From an uncultured Candidatus Saccharibacteria bacterium (GTDB lineage Bacteria > Patescibacteriota > Saccharimonadia > Saccharimonadales > JACDBH01): a stretch of 64,000 nucleotides of DNA. A program made the translations under genes and the position numbers. The stretch is from contig OZ246417.1 in the NCBI GenBank assembly GCA_965231105.1, forward strand, positions 768,908-832,907, in the 5' to 3' direction. Of this stretch, positions 54,207 to 63,322 are shown piece by piece; position 1 is the stretch's first letter, and each line of letters opens with the position of its first letter. Under the pieces are notes generated by a model, which made no database searches, had not been told where the DNA came from, and saw only the letters and a list, made by a program, of their open reading frames with translations.

Positions 54207-56999
54207 TCAGCCGTAAACTGTGTACGGTTGGGTCTTATTTCGTTCTGACCTATATCTCAGTCGCAATACTAGAAGTAGGACTAGGAACGAGGTGAGTAAA
54301 GAAGCGAAAAGTTGAGGGTGCGTTGTTGCATATTCTTTGAGACTGTTATGACTTGCTTGTATGAAAGGGGCTGGATTGAGCTCCTCAGCGCTAATACCGT
54401 CTTCAAAGACGGATTGTAAGGCGGCCATGACTTCTTCAATGATGCCGTTAGATCCACCAGATTTAATGTCCTGTCTGGGCGACACGGCTGGAACCCCTTC
54501 TCCTGACGGAGGATATTGATTTTGAGAAGCGGTCGCTAAGACGCCTTGAAGCGGGTTTGATGGATTTGTGGGTGCAGGACCGACAATAGGATCACATGAA
54601 TCATCAACGCCGTCCTCATCACTATCCACCTTTGCATTAATAATAATAGGGCAGGAATCAACAAAGTCAGGAACGTTATCCTGATCGAAATCATCCCCAT
54701 CATTTCCGATAACAATAACTCCTCCTATCACTACGGGCTGTCCCGTTATATCGGGTATCTCAATGTCAATCGGTTGTGGGCCGGTTTCACTGTTGGGAGG
54801 AACCGGTATTTCTATTTCAATGTCGCCGTTTTCATCCGTTATGCCACTTCCAGCTGGCTGCCCACCAATTATGACCGTATATGGCGTATTGGGAGTTAAA
54901 CCATTCTTTGTGCCCTTAACTGACACATTCACTTTCTGACTCTTTGTAGCGGTTTTCTTCTTGGTCACAGATGCAGAAACGCGCTTACGCACTGTTCGAT
55001 TAGTTTTTGGTGCCTTTTTTAAGGCTGGGTCAGTATCCTTAATCTTTTCAAGCTTTATTGGCGTAGTGATAGGGTCAATATTTCCTAGGCTATTAGTAAC
55101 GCCCAGAATTTTATTAGCAAGTAGTTCATGTCCAAATTCATTAGGATGATAACTTTCATTTCCTATAACCTCAAAAATATCTTTTCCCGCAGTCAGGCCA
55201 TTCATGGCAACATTATCTGAATCGTTTTCGCATAATCGAGAGCCGAAGAAAGCATCTTCAACGTCAACATAATTGACTTCGGCAGCAGAAGCAGCCGCTT
55301 TAACGACTGCATTTAGACGTGTTACTACACTGGCAGCGAATTCAAGCTCACTCTCATTGAGGTGTACATTCAATGCGCACTCACCGCCCGCCAGTGCTAT
55401 CTGGGGATAACCAATAACATATACACGAGCATTTTTAGTGGCTGCTTCTTTAAGTTTTTTGTATGTAGCTGTGAAGGATGCTAATTTGCTGTCTATCTCA
55501 TTAAAAACTTCTAAGCGGTCTTCATAAGAAGGGAAGCAGGTTCCGGGCTTTAGGCAGGCAATTATTTTGTCTGAAAAATTGATATCATTACCCGCAACCG
55601 AAACGGTTGTAACTTTAGGATTATTAATCGAAATAAAGCTTACCTGCTTTTTATAGCCAGGAGCCCACTCCTTTAAAGGGTCGATACTAGGTCTCTCGTC
55701 ATTCTTGTACTGATTATCCCTATCCTTTTCGTTATCGTTTTTGGTATAGCCGGTACCTCCCCTCACATGTACTGTGCGTGCACCAGAACATGCAACTGAA
55801 TGGAAATTGTTAGCCTGTATCTTTCTTGCGATGAGGTAAGGATACGAAACTTTTGAAAGATGACACATGTTAAAGTCTTTGTCATCAGTTCCGATCTCAT
55901 ATTTATGCGCTCCTTCACCTGATGCGAAAGAGTCACCCATACCCAGATAGTCCATACCCGTTAAGTATGTGTTAGGGGCGGCAATGACAAACTCACCAAT
56001 ACGTGAAGTAGTGTTTGTGTCATAGGATGCATAAAACTTTACTAATTCATCGGTTAGAAACCGTACTTGTAGTACCGTGCCGAGGGAATTGATTTTGGTA
56101 CGGGCAAATTCAAGTAGATCGCGCGAGCGGCATCCACTAACTGGTCCTGTGATGACATTGGGAACCATTCCACAGGTGGAAAGATCAAATAATTTAAATG
56201 TATTGTAATTTTTTGAAGCTACCACTGCGAAGCGTCCGTCACTGCTAATTGCCATCCTGAGAGCTGCACCGATGCCATTGCCGAATTCAAAGGAACCGGT
56301 GAAGGGCAACACTTCAAAGGTAGTAAGGTTAATACGCAGCACACCTTTTCCTGGAGAATCTACTACCGCCCATTCGCCGTTTTCGGAGATAGCAAAATTA
56401 TCTGCCATAACGGGTAATGCGTTGCCGGCCTTATCAGTCAGGGGAATTTGTGAAGAGGGCTTAATAACGGCAAGCATTTTACCATTTGGTAAGTTAGCGA
56501 ATTTCATTGAGCTTCGGAGATGACTAAACCATATTTTTGTCCCAACAGCAGGGCTGGCGCTCGCATTACTTATAAACAGATCATTCGCTGGGAAAACCAT
56601 AGGCGCTGTAGGTTGTCCGTTTTCTTTCACTATCTCTGCTATGTAATCTGTTCCGCTAACATTTACAAAACCATTGGGATCAATAGAGGCAAAAGATGAC
56701 TCTATGTGACATCCCGTAACAGAACTTTCTTTGTATATCTTTAGTATAAAATCAAGAATTATTCCATCTCGCTTCTTTAAAGTGAGTGAGGAGCAGTCTA
56801 TATTTCCGCGGCCAGCATAGGTAGTGGGGTACTTTGCATCAATTACCGTTTCGGTGCGAGTCGAAAATTCAAGATTAGAATTTTTGAACCACACTGACTC
56901 GGTTTCGGCAGCAGACAAGTTTTTTGGTAAAGGTAGGAATAAAATAAAGATGGGTAGTGCCCATATAAAATTAACCCATGTAATATATTTATGCCTCAT
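54207..56999 (-). CDS. Large secreted, membrane-anchored SGNH/GDSL hydrolase with N-terminal beta-rich domain and TSP3-like Ca-binding repeats
   Basis: Signal peptide. SGNH blocks are GMGDSFASGEG (I), ACSGA (II), VAGNDINF (III) and SYHPNEFGH (V). Asp-rich DQDNVPDFVDSC / DSDEDGVDDSCD repeats and a C-terminal TM helix. The ATG at 56999 is preferred over the TTG at 57008. Confidence 0.75.
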   Translation of the reverse strand: MRHKYITWVNFIWALPIFILFLPLPKNLSAAETESVWFKNSNLEFSTRTETVIDAKYPTTYAGRGNIDCSSLTLKKRDGIILDFILKIYKESSVTGCHIESSFASIDPNGFVNVSGTDYIAEIVKENGQPTAPMVFPANDLFISNASASPAVGTKIWFSHLRSSMKFANLPNGKMLAVIKPSSQIPLTDKAGNALPVMADNFAISENGEWAVVDSPGKGVLRINLTTFEVLPFTGSFEFGNGIGAALRMAISSDGRFAVVASKNYNTFKLFDLSTCGMVPNVITGPVSGCRSRDLLEFARTKINSLGTVLQVRFLTDELVKFYASYDTNTTSRIGEFVIAAPNTYLTGMDYLGMGDSFASGEGAHKYEIGTDDKDFNMCHLSKVSYPYLIARKIQANNFHSVACSGARTVHVRGGTGYTKNDNEKDRDNQYKNDERPSIDPLKEWAPGYKKQVSFISINNPKVTTVSVAGNDINFSDKIIACLKPGTCFPSYEDRLEVFNEIDSKLASFTATYKKLKEAATKNARVYVIGYPQIALAGGECALNVHLNESELEFAASVVTRLNAVVKAAASAAEVNYVDVEDAFFGSRLCENDSDNVAMNGLTAGKDIFEVIGNESYHPNEFGHELLANKILGVTNSLGNIDPITTPIKLEKIKDTDPALKKAPKTNRTVRKRVSASVTKKKTATKSQKVNVSVKGTKNGLTPNTPYTVIIGGQPAGSGITDENGDIEIEIPVPPNSETGPQPIDIEIPDITGQPVVIGGVIVIGNDGDDFDQDNVPDFVDSCPIIINAKVDSDEDGVDDSCDPIVGPAPTNPSNPLQGVLATASQNQYPPSGEGVPAVSPRQDIKSGGSNGIIEEVMAALQSVFEDGISAEELNPAPFIQASHNSLKEYATTHPQLFASLLTSFLVLLLVLRLRYRSERNKTQPYTVYG

Positions 57000-57069
57000 G
57001 TCTGCCAAACCTCAGGGGCAGTAAAGCACGAACTATAATATTATGCAATAATTATTAAATAAGTAAAGC

Positions 57070-57621
57070 TTATGTTTCTGCAAATAATACAAATCTTGAA
57101 TATTTACCACAACTGAATCTTAAGGTATAGGGCGAAACAGCATCGTCTACTTTGTCGTATGAGAGGCTGCACCCCAGGTCGCTCCCACTTGATCTATAGC
57201 TTAATGATCCTATGATGATAGGATGCCTTGTAGGATTAAGCTCATCTCGATTGCTTGATTCGCTAAATCCATGTTGTTCTATGGACGAGATAAAAATCTC
57301 CAGTGGTTCTTTCACGGCCCTCTTGATCTCATTACCCTCATAAATTATTCCAACACTGCAACTGAGTGATCCTTTTCCGTATTTAACATGTGCTCTTGAA
57401 CATTCTTTAAAGGATATGGTTTCGATTCCGTAAGTTCGCAGGCTACTAGCTATTTGAGATATGGTATGTTCCAATTTCTCGTATTTCTGTCGCTCGAAGT
57501 AAATATACATGTACTTATAAACCAAAAAACCTAGCCCAAAAACGATAAGGGCAGAAATAAAGATTCCTAATCTTTTGTGCTTATGAGCGGACTTTATATT
57601 TTTGAGAATTACCATCCTCAC
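57070..57621 (-). CDS. Hypothetical membrane-anchored protein
   Basis: N-terminal TM helix (LGIFISALIVFGLGFLVY) plus a ~130-aa domain with 4 Cys. No motif recognised. Confidence 0.4.
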   Translation of the reverse strand: MRMVILKNIKSAHKHKRLGIFISALIVFGLGFLVYKYMYIYFERQKYEKLEHTISQIASSLRTYGIETISFKECSRAHVKYGKGSLSCSVGIIYEGNEIKRAVKEPLEIFISSIEQHGFSESSNRDELNPTRHPIIIGSLSYRSSGSDLGCSLSYDKVDDAVSPYTLRFSCGKYSRFVLFAET

Positions 57622-57755
57622 ATAATCTAACCATTGCTATCATCCATACGCAAACTTTATTAAAAAGTTCTTCATTTAGTTGCTCTATGCTTTAAAAGCT
57701 CGTATAAATATGCCTTATAGCTCGTTTGTGATAAGTAGGACATGAGTAGGCAGCC

Positions 57756-58316
57756 ATGACAAATATTAAGCCCTGGAAAACAATCGCCACCAGCACGCTT
57801 CTTAATACGGAGTATCTAAGTATTAGTGAAGATAAGGTGGTCTTGCCAAATGGCCGTAAAAAACGTTATGTGCGGCATACTGCGAGTCTACATCACTCTG
57901 TGGCTGTTATTGCTATCAATACGAAGGGCCAAATTCTTATACAAAAGGAATATAGTTACCCTCCTAACAAAATCATGTGGCAGTTGCCAGGAGGGAGTAT
58001 TGAAAAAGGAGAAACAATTGTTGAGGCTGCCCAAAGAGAATTGGCTGAAGAGTCAGGGTATAGAGGCAGAAGAGTGAGGCGGATCGGATATTTCTATACT
58101 CATAACCGTCTATCAGACCAAAAACAATACGTAATAGAGTGCAAGGGGCTCACTCCTTATAAACTACCTGCAAATCCGGACGAATTTATTGAGACGTATT
58201 GGATGAGCAAAAAAGAAATTAAACAGAAAATTGCTGAAGGCGAGTTTAATAACATTAATCTGCTCGCAGCCCTTAATCTCTGGTTACATCAACCTAAACG
58301 GAAAAGCCCACGATGA
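57756..58316 (+). CDS. NUDIX hydrolase (ADP-ribose/NDP-sugar pyrophosphatase-like)
   Basis: Nudix box GGSIEKGETIVEAAQRELAEESGY. Confidence 0.85.
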   Translation: MTNIKPWKTIATSTLLNTEYLSISEDKVVLPNGRKKRYVRHTASLHHSVAVIAINTKGQILIQKEYSYPPNKIMWQLPGGSIEKGETIVEAAQRELAEESGYRGRRVRRIGYFYTHNRLSDQKQYVIECKGLTPYKLPANPDEFIETYWMSKKEIKQKIAEGEFNNINLLAALNLWLHQPKRKSPR

Positions 58317-59497
58317 AGCTACTTATAGTATCGCCTAAATTTCATCCAGTTATTGGTGGCGGTGAAACCTATGTCCTAAACTCTGCAAAGCATATGCATC
58401 GACATGGTGCAGAAGTGCATGTTGCTGCAGAGCCTCATTTAAGACGCAAAGTCTCAGACTATTCCTTTACGGTGCATGAAGTAGAGGGCCTCAGTGACAA
58501 TGCCCTTAATATCATTAAAGCGACTGCAAATCTTCATAAACTGATAGAAAAAATTAAGCCAGACATTATTCATGTGCATGGCTATTTTGCGTTACTTATT
58601 GTTGGCTTCACTAATCTTAAAAAGATTCCCGTCATTGTTTCGATACACAGTACTCCAGTTTGGGGCGAGCGTATTGTAGGGGGTATGGATAGTTTTGAGG
58701 TTGAACTTTCATTTGCCCAGAAATCATTGGAGATATCTAAGCCACAGTTACTTACGGCGGCGAACAGGGTTTATGCTGAGGCTGCCATGAAAGTGGCTGC
58801 CGGGAAAACCGATGTTGCCGTGTTGCCATATCCTGTGGACGCAGATTTCTTTGCTAGTGGAGATGGGGAGGACTTTCGTGCAGCTTTTGGTCTCACAGAA
58901 ACCGATAAGATGATTCTCGTGCCCTCCAGAATCATTGAACGTAAAGGTATACGCGAGGCAGTACTTGCATTGAACGAATTGCCGGATAACTTTTACCTCT
59001 GTTTACCTGGTGCAGTAGAGCCGCTTGATCTTGGATACTGGGTAAGTGTTTGTAGCGAGCCCGTTTTTCAGAAATTAAAAGACAGAATTATCATTCCAAG
59101 AGATAAAGTACTCTATGATGAGATGCCAAACCTCTATGCTGCCACGGATATTGTAGCGATGCCTTCATATTACGAAGGCGCACCTGTCGCAACGGTTGAG
59201 GCAATGGCTTCAGGTAAGCCCTTCGTTGGAGCAGATAGCCAGGGTATTAATAGTTTTATTAAGCATGAAGTTAATGGGCTCCTCGTACCTAAAAAGAACT
59301 CTACTGCGCTTGCAACGGCTATTCTGCGCTTATTGCGGGATAGGGATTTGAGCAGGCGGTTTACCAATCAAGCTCGTCAGGATATTGAAATGCTGACCTG
59401 GAGTAAGCAATTTAACGGCCTCTTAAAAGCGTATGGGAAAGTCCTATCTTCAAAGCAAACTGAAAAACTGTCAGAAAAAATAAAGTTTTCAGCATGA
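58313..59497 (+). CDS. Glycosyltransferase family 4
   Basis: MKLLIVSPKFHPVIGGGETYV N-terminus and the E-x7-E motif YYEGAPVATVEAMASGKPFV. ATGA overlap with the Nudix gene. Confidence 0.85.
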   Translation: MKLLIVSPKFHPVIGGGETYVLNSAKHMHRHGAEVHVAAEPHLRRKVSDYSFTVHEVEGLSDNALNIIKATANLHKLIEKIKPDIIHVHGYFALLIVGFTNLKKIPVIVSIHSTPVWGERIVGGMDSFEVELSFAQKSLEISKPQLLTAANRVYAEAAMKVAAGKTDVAVLPYPVDADFFASGDGEDFRAAFGLTETDKMILVPSRIIERKGIREAVLALNELPDNFYLCLPGAVEPLDLGYWVSVCSEPVFQKLKDRIIIPRDKVLYDEMPNLYAATDIVAMPSYYEGAPVATVEAMASGKPFVGADSQGINSFIKHEVNGLLVPKKNSTALATAILRLLRDRDLSRRFTNQARQDIEMLTWSKQFNGLLKAYGKVLSSKQTEKLSEKIKFSA

Positions 59498-60063
59498 GCG
59501 CACAGTTAGTTTTTATGGGGCCCTCGGCAGCGGGTAAGACTTCACTTATGTTGGGGCTTACGCACTTAGAGGGGGAGTACCAGTTTAGGGTAGATCGCAC
59601 ATGGACCACCCAGAATCGACGTATCCAGGAAGGTGATGAAGAAAAAAGATTCGTTAGCCGAGATGAGTTTGAGAGTAATAGACCAGAATTTCTCTTTTCC
59701 TTTCAGACATTTCCAGATTACGAGTATGGTATACCGCAACAGGCCCCGCTCCAGCCACAGGAGGTACGGATGCGCGTATTGCCTCCTGTCTTTGCAATAA
59801 AGTTCAGAAATTTAGTACCCGCTCCCACGGTACTGTGTTCAATAACACCCTATGTTACCGATCCTGAAGAAATTATCCGTGCCCGTGATCCCTCGATAAA
59901 TCCAACGGATATGATGAGCCGGGTATTGCGCTTTAAACGAGATCAAGACGAGGCAGATACATTAGCAGACATTCACTTCAAAAATGTTGAAGGATTAGAT
60001 GGTGCGGCTTTGGCACTTGGCTCAATGATTGTTGACCATTTAAAGATACGTCAGGGGCAATAA
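59494..60063 (+). CDS. Guanylate-kinase-like P-loop kinase (divergent)
   Basis: GPSAAGKTSL Walker A, TTQNRRIQEGDEEKRFVSRDEF (compare Gmk TTRxPRxGExxGxDYxFVSxEEF), and YGIP. ATGA overlap with the GT4 gene. Confidence 0.5.
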   Translation: MSAQLVFMGPSAAGKTSLMLGLTHLEGEYQFRVDRTWTTQNRRIQEGDEEKRFVSRDEFESNRPEFLFSFQTFPDYEYGIPQQAPLQPQEVRMRVLPPVFAIKFRNLVPAPTVLCSITPYVTDPEEIIRARDPSINPTDMMSRVLRFKRDQDEADTLADIHFKNVEGLDGAALALGSMIVDHLKIRQGQ

Positions 60064-60345
60064 CTACTTTTTGGTAATTTGATAGGTGTGCTGAAGATAG
60101 AGCAAGTTTCTTATAAGTTTTTCTAGTCTTTCATACCCATCAATATCTTTTCGAGCTAAATCTTTACTAATGTTGTCGAGTTCGGTTGCGAGCATGGCAA
60201 AATAGTCCCCGGAGCGAACTAGGGCAGTAACCTCTAGTTCTTCTTTGCTCATTTTAGGCTGGGTGTAGTCCTGAACGAACCAAGTTTTAAGATCATGATG
60301 AAACAAACGATTACCGAGCGAAATAGAATAGGCGCTACTTACCAT
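60064..60345 (-). CDS. Hypothetical small protein, overlaps the radC 3' end by 11 nt
   Basis: 93-aa ORF. No motif recognised. Confidence 0.35.
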   Translation of the reverse strand: MVSSAYSISLGNRLFHHDLKTWFVQDYTQPKMSKEELEVTALVRSGDYFAMLATELDNISKDLARKDIDGYERLEKLIRNLLYLQHTYQITKK

Positions 60346-61087
60346 TTATACACTCCATTATGCTGACATGCTTATTGCCAGCGATTATTAAATGATCCAG
60401 TAAATCGATGCCAAGCGCTTTGCCAGCATTCATGAGTTGCTCGGTTACCTCTATATCTGCAGATGTTGGTTCAAGGCTGCCAGATGGATGGTTATGTGAA
60501 ATGATAATGGCAACTGCACCATACTCAATAGCAGGCTGGAATACTTCACGAGGATGCACAATATTTGAAGTAAGGCTGCCTACTGAAATGACTTCATCAT
60601 AAATAACCCGATAGCGACTATTAAGATAGAGACCGCGTAATTGTTCTTTCTTGTGATTACCCATGTCTTTTAGATAAAGGTGGGCTTGCTTAGCATTACG
60701 AATAAAAACTGGCCGTCCCAGCTGTTCGGTAAAGTACCGGCGACCAAGCTCAAAACTAGCAACTATCTGGCAGGCTTTAGCGAGGGGAATATTGGCGGCG
60801 AGGGCGAGTCGTTCAGGGCTTAGTTCGTTGGCTATGGTTTTTTCACCGTATTCCCGCATTGTTCGCTTGGCCATTGCCATTACTTCTTCTTTGCGCGTTC
60901 CAACACCCCAAATGATTGCTACAAGCTCAGCAACGGTAAGGTTCTGAGGGCCGAGATTTAAAAGCTTCTCTCGAGGCTTTTCATTATCGGGTAGATCTTT
61001 AACGCGAAGAACGTACTGATTATTTGGTTCACTAAATAAAAGATCGTTATCAAGTAGGCGGTAGGGTGCTTGCGTTGCAGTAGCCAT
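60335..61087 (-). CDS. radC: RadC-family JAB/MPN domain protein
   Basis: HhH-like N-terminus (LSPERLALAANIPLAKA) and the JAMM motif IIISHNHPSG...S..D. Confidence 0.85.
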   Translation of the reverse strand: MATATQAPYRLLDNDLLFSEPNNQYVLRVKDLPDNEKPREKLLNLGPQNLTVAELVAIIWGVGTRKEEVMAMAKRTMREYGEKTIANELSPERLALAANIPLAKACQIVASFELGRRYFTEQLGRPVFIRNAKQAHLYLKDMGNHKKEQLRGLYLNSRYRVIYDEVISVGSLTSNIVHPREVFQPAIEYGAVAIIISHNHPSGSLEPTSADIEVTEQLMNAGKALGIDLLDHLIIAGNKHVSIMECINGK

Positions 61088-61153
61088 AATTTCTTATACT
61101 AACAGCTTGTTTCTGTAGGGCAAATTTAAGCATATCTTTTAATTATAATTTAA

Positions 61154-61654
61154 TTAACCCCTGTTAAGGTTCTGGCCATTTATAATGGCAAATCCCTTTT
61201 GTATAACCTTGAATTCATCATCCTCTGCACCCTTACTCTCTGTATAGGCATTGGGCAGCTCCTCCGCTGAAAACCAATCAACTCGAGAATGGTCTTCAGG
61301 ATCAGTAGTGATAGCTTCAGGAGGGCTTATTAAGCGGGCAAAAAAGACAATCTCAACAGAATGCGATTTCTTAATCTCGTTTGTGTAGGTAAAGGCTGCA
61401 AATGCGTCGCCAATACTTACTTCAACCCCGAGTTCTTCCTTAATTTCTCGAGCCAATCCTGTTTTAAGATCTTCACCAAAATCAATATGACCACCGGGCA
61501 TTTCATAGACTCCGGGTAAGAATTTTTTTGTGTCTGCTCGTTTTGCTAAAAAGACTTTTATTTCTCCATTAAACTCTGCAGTAATCATCGCTACTGCGGT
61601 TATAACTTGTTGGCCTTCGGCAAGTACTTCACTGTCATGAGAGATTTTTATCAT
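61154..61654 (-). CDS. NUDIX hydrolase
   Basis: Nudix box GGHIDFGEDLKTGLAREIKEELG. The ATG at 61654 (MIKISHD) is preferred over the long 5' extension to 61753, which overlaps the GH43 gene. Confidence 0.8.
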   Translation of the reverse strand: MIKISHDSEVLAEGQQVITAVAMITAEFNGEIKVFLAKRADTKKFLPGVYEMPGGHIDFGEDLKTGLAREIKEELGVEVSIGDAFAAFTYTNEIKKSHSVEIVFFARLISPPEAITTDPEDHSRVDWFSAEELPNAYTESKGAEDDEFKVIQKGFAIINGQNLNRG

Positions 61655-61719
61655 GACAATAATTTTAACAGGGTTAAGCTTCTTTATTGTAATTTCAAGC
61701 GGTATATAATATTTGGCAA

Positions 61720-62730
61720 ATGAGCGAGCAATATCCGATTGCAGGCCTGACACGTCGTGGGTTTGTTAAAGGTGCTCTGGGATTGGGTGCAGCAGCAGTA
61801 CTGGGTGGGCGCTTATTTGCTTCCGAGCATGCTGCTGCGAGTCGTGAAAACGTGCTTTTTGCACATGGCCAGGATCCTTCTGCTTGTAACATTGATGGCA
61901 CCATATATTATGTAACTTCCCAGAACGGTGCGATTTGTCTTGCGTCCGGGGAAAGTGTTCGAGATCTCGCCGATACAGAGTTAGAGGAGATTTGGCGGCC
62001 GGATCGCGCAGAATTTCCGATGGCTAATATCTGGGCACCAAAGATAAGTGTCGATGAGCAGGGCGTGAATATATATGCGAGTAACTTCCATGATTTTGAG
62101 GCTAATCAACGAGTATTTCAGTTACGTGCCTCAGATCCACGTGGTCCTTATAAGCACACAGGAGTTATAGAGACCGGTGAGGATAAATGGGCTATAGATG
62201 GTTCATCATTTAAATATGAAGGGAAGCGCTATTTTGTATGGTCCGGCAAAGAAGTGCCTGCTGGCAGAGAAACCCAGAGTATCTATATCCAGGCAATGAG
62301 TACGAGGGGACATTTACAGGGAGAGCGGATGATGATATCAACACCCGAGTATTGGTGGGAGCAAGGCCCTCACTGCGGTATTAATGAGGCGCCGTATGCG
62401 TATCAGCATGATGAGGACAGTCCATTAGTTATTGACTATTCAGCCGGCGGCTACGCAACAAGGGATTATTGCCTTGGTCGTCTTGTGCTGGAGGGAAACA
62501 ATCCGCTAGATGCATCTCAATGGCATAAATCTCCGTCGCCTGTTTTTTATAGTTCACCGAATATTGTTGGTGTTGGCTCACACTCTATTGTTGAGGATAA
62601 GAATGGGCTGTGGTTGCTGTACCACAATAAAACCAGCAGCGAGTATGGTGATGCACGCGAAGTGCGCGCACAGCGAATAGATACAGAAGATGGCCTACCA
62701 CTCTATGGTAGGCCGCGTGATACGTTTTAG
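61720..62730 (+). CDS. Glycoside hydrolase family 43 protein with Tat-type signal
   Basis: Twin-arginine signal (TRRGFVKGALGLGAAAVLG). GH43 landmarks are QDPS..NIDGTIYY, NIWAPK and GINEAPY. Confidence 0.75.
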   Translation: MSEQYPIAGLTRRGFVKGALGLGAAAVLGGRLFASEHAAASRENVLFAHGQDPSACNIDGTIYYVTSQNGAICLASGESVRDLADTELEEIWRPDRAEFPMANIWAPKISVDEQGVNIYASNFHDFEANQRVFQLRASDPRGPYKHTGVIETGEDKWAIDGSSFKYEGKRYFVWSGKEVPAGRETQSIYIQAMSTRGHLQGERMMISTPEYWWEQGPHCGINEAPYAYQHDEDSPLVIDYSAGGYATRDYCLGRLVLEGNNPLDASQWHKSPSPVFYSSPNIVGVGSHSIVEDKNGLWLLYHNKTSSEYGDAREVRAQRIDTEDGLPLYGRPRDTF

Positions 62731-62852
62731 CATATTGCTTGAGGTAGGTAATCGGGCTGCCAGTTCTCAAGGTGGTCGCGGCTTCGTCGCCAAAACATAA
62801 TTGTTTCGCTGCCTCTGGGTTGGTCGATAGTTTTCATAGCTTTTCCTTTCCG

Positions 62853-63230
62853 TTAGTTAATAAAGTTAGGTTCGCTGTGCCTTATGGCACGACCGAGTAA
62901 TTTGCTTACGATCCAATACGCGAAAAAGTACGCGGTAAAGGTAGTGAGGGTAGAAAGCTGAATCATGTGGGTATAATCTGGAAGCTCGGTTGCGAACGGT
63001 GCGATGAGCGGATTGGTAATGACTGTGATGCCTTGTGGCACCACGCCCGTAATAAGAAAGAGGGCAAATACAAAACGTAGTGCGAGACATATAAGAATTA
63101 CGGTGTTAAAAAAGGCAAAAAGTGTATAGAAATGGTTGAGGGTAAAGAGGTGTTGAAGTTGCTCGGTTGTTTTTGTGTGGGCAGGTAGAAGCTTTGCTTC
63201 GGGTTGTACCAGTGTAAAATTGTGCGCCAT
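62853..63230 (-). CDS. Hypothetical integral membrane protein
   Basis: Three to four hydrophobic helices. No motif recognised. Confidence 0.4.
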   Translation of the reverse strand: MAHNFTLVQPEAKLLPAHTKTTEQLQHLFTLNHFYTLFAFFNTVILICLALRFVFALFLITGVVPQGITVITNPLIAPFATELPDYTHMIQLSTLTTFTAYFFAYWIVSKLLGRAIRHSEPNFIN

Positions 63231-63322
63231 AGCTCGTCTCCCTTATGGTTAGGGAGTATGAGGGTAAAAGAGTTTAGACACAGTAAAGAGTTACACACTA
63301 AATTTGTAAGAAACCCCACAAA

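Noticed and set aside
54207-57621. The Fic/SGNH region as a low-G+C horizontally acquired island.
   Set aside because: Spot counts of 60-nt blocks gave 28-47% G+C, overlapping the rest of the window. Without a proper sliding-window calculation and codon statistics, the claim is unsupported.
62727-62837. 36-aa minus-strand ORF (MKTIDQPRGSETIMFWRRSRDHLENWQPDYLPQAIC) with an AAGGAAA SD-like sequence, overlapping the GH43 stop. It may be a gene remnant.
   Set aside because: It is too short, has no verifiable homology from sequence alone, and my recollection of a similar family motif is too vague to support a call.
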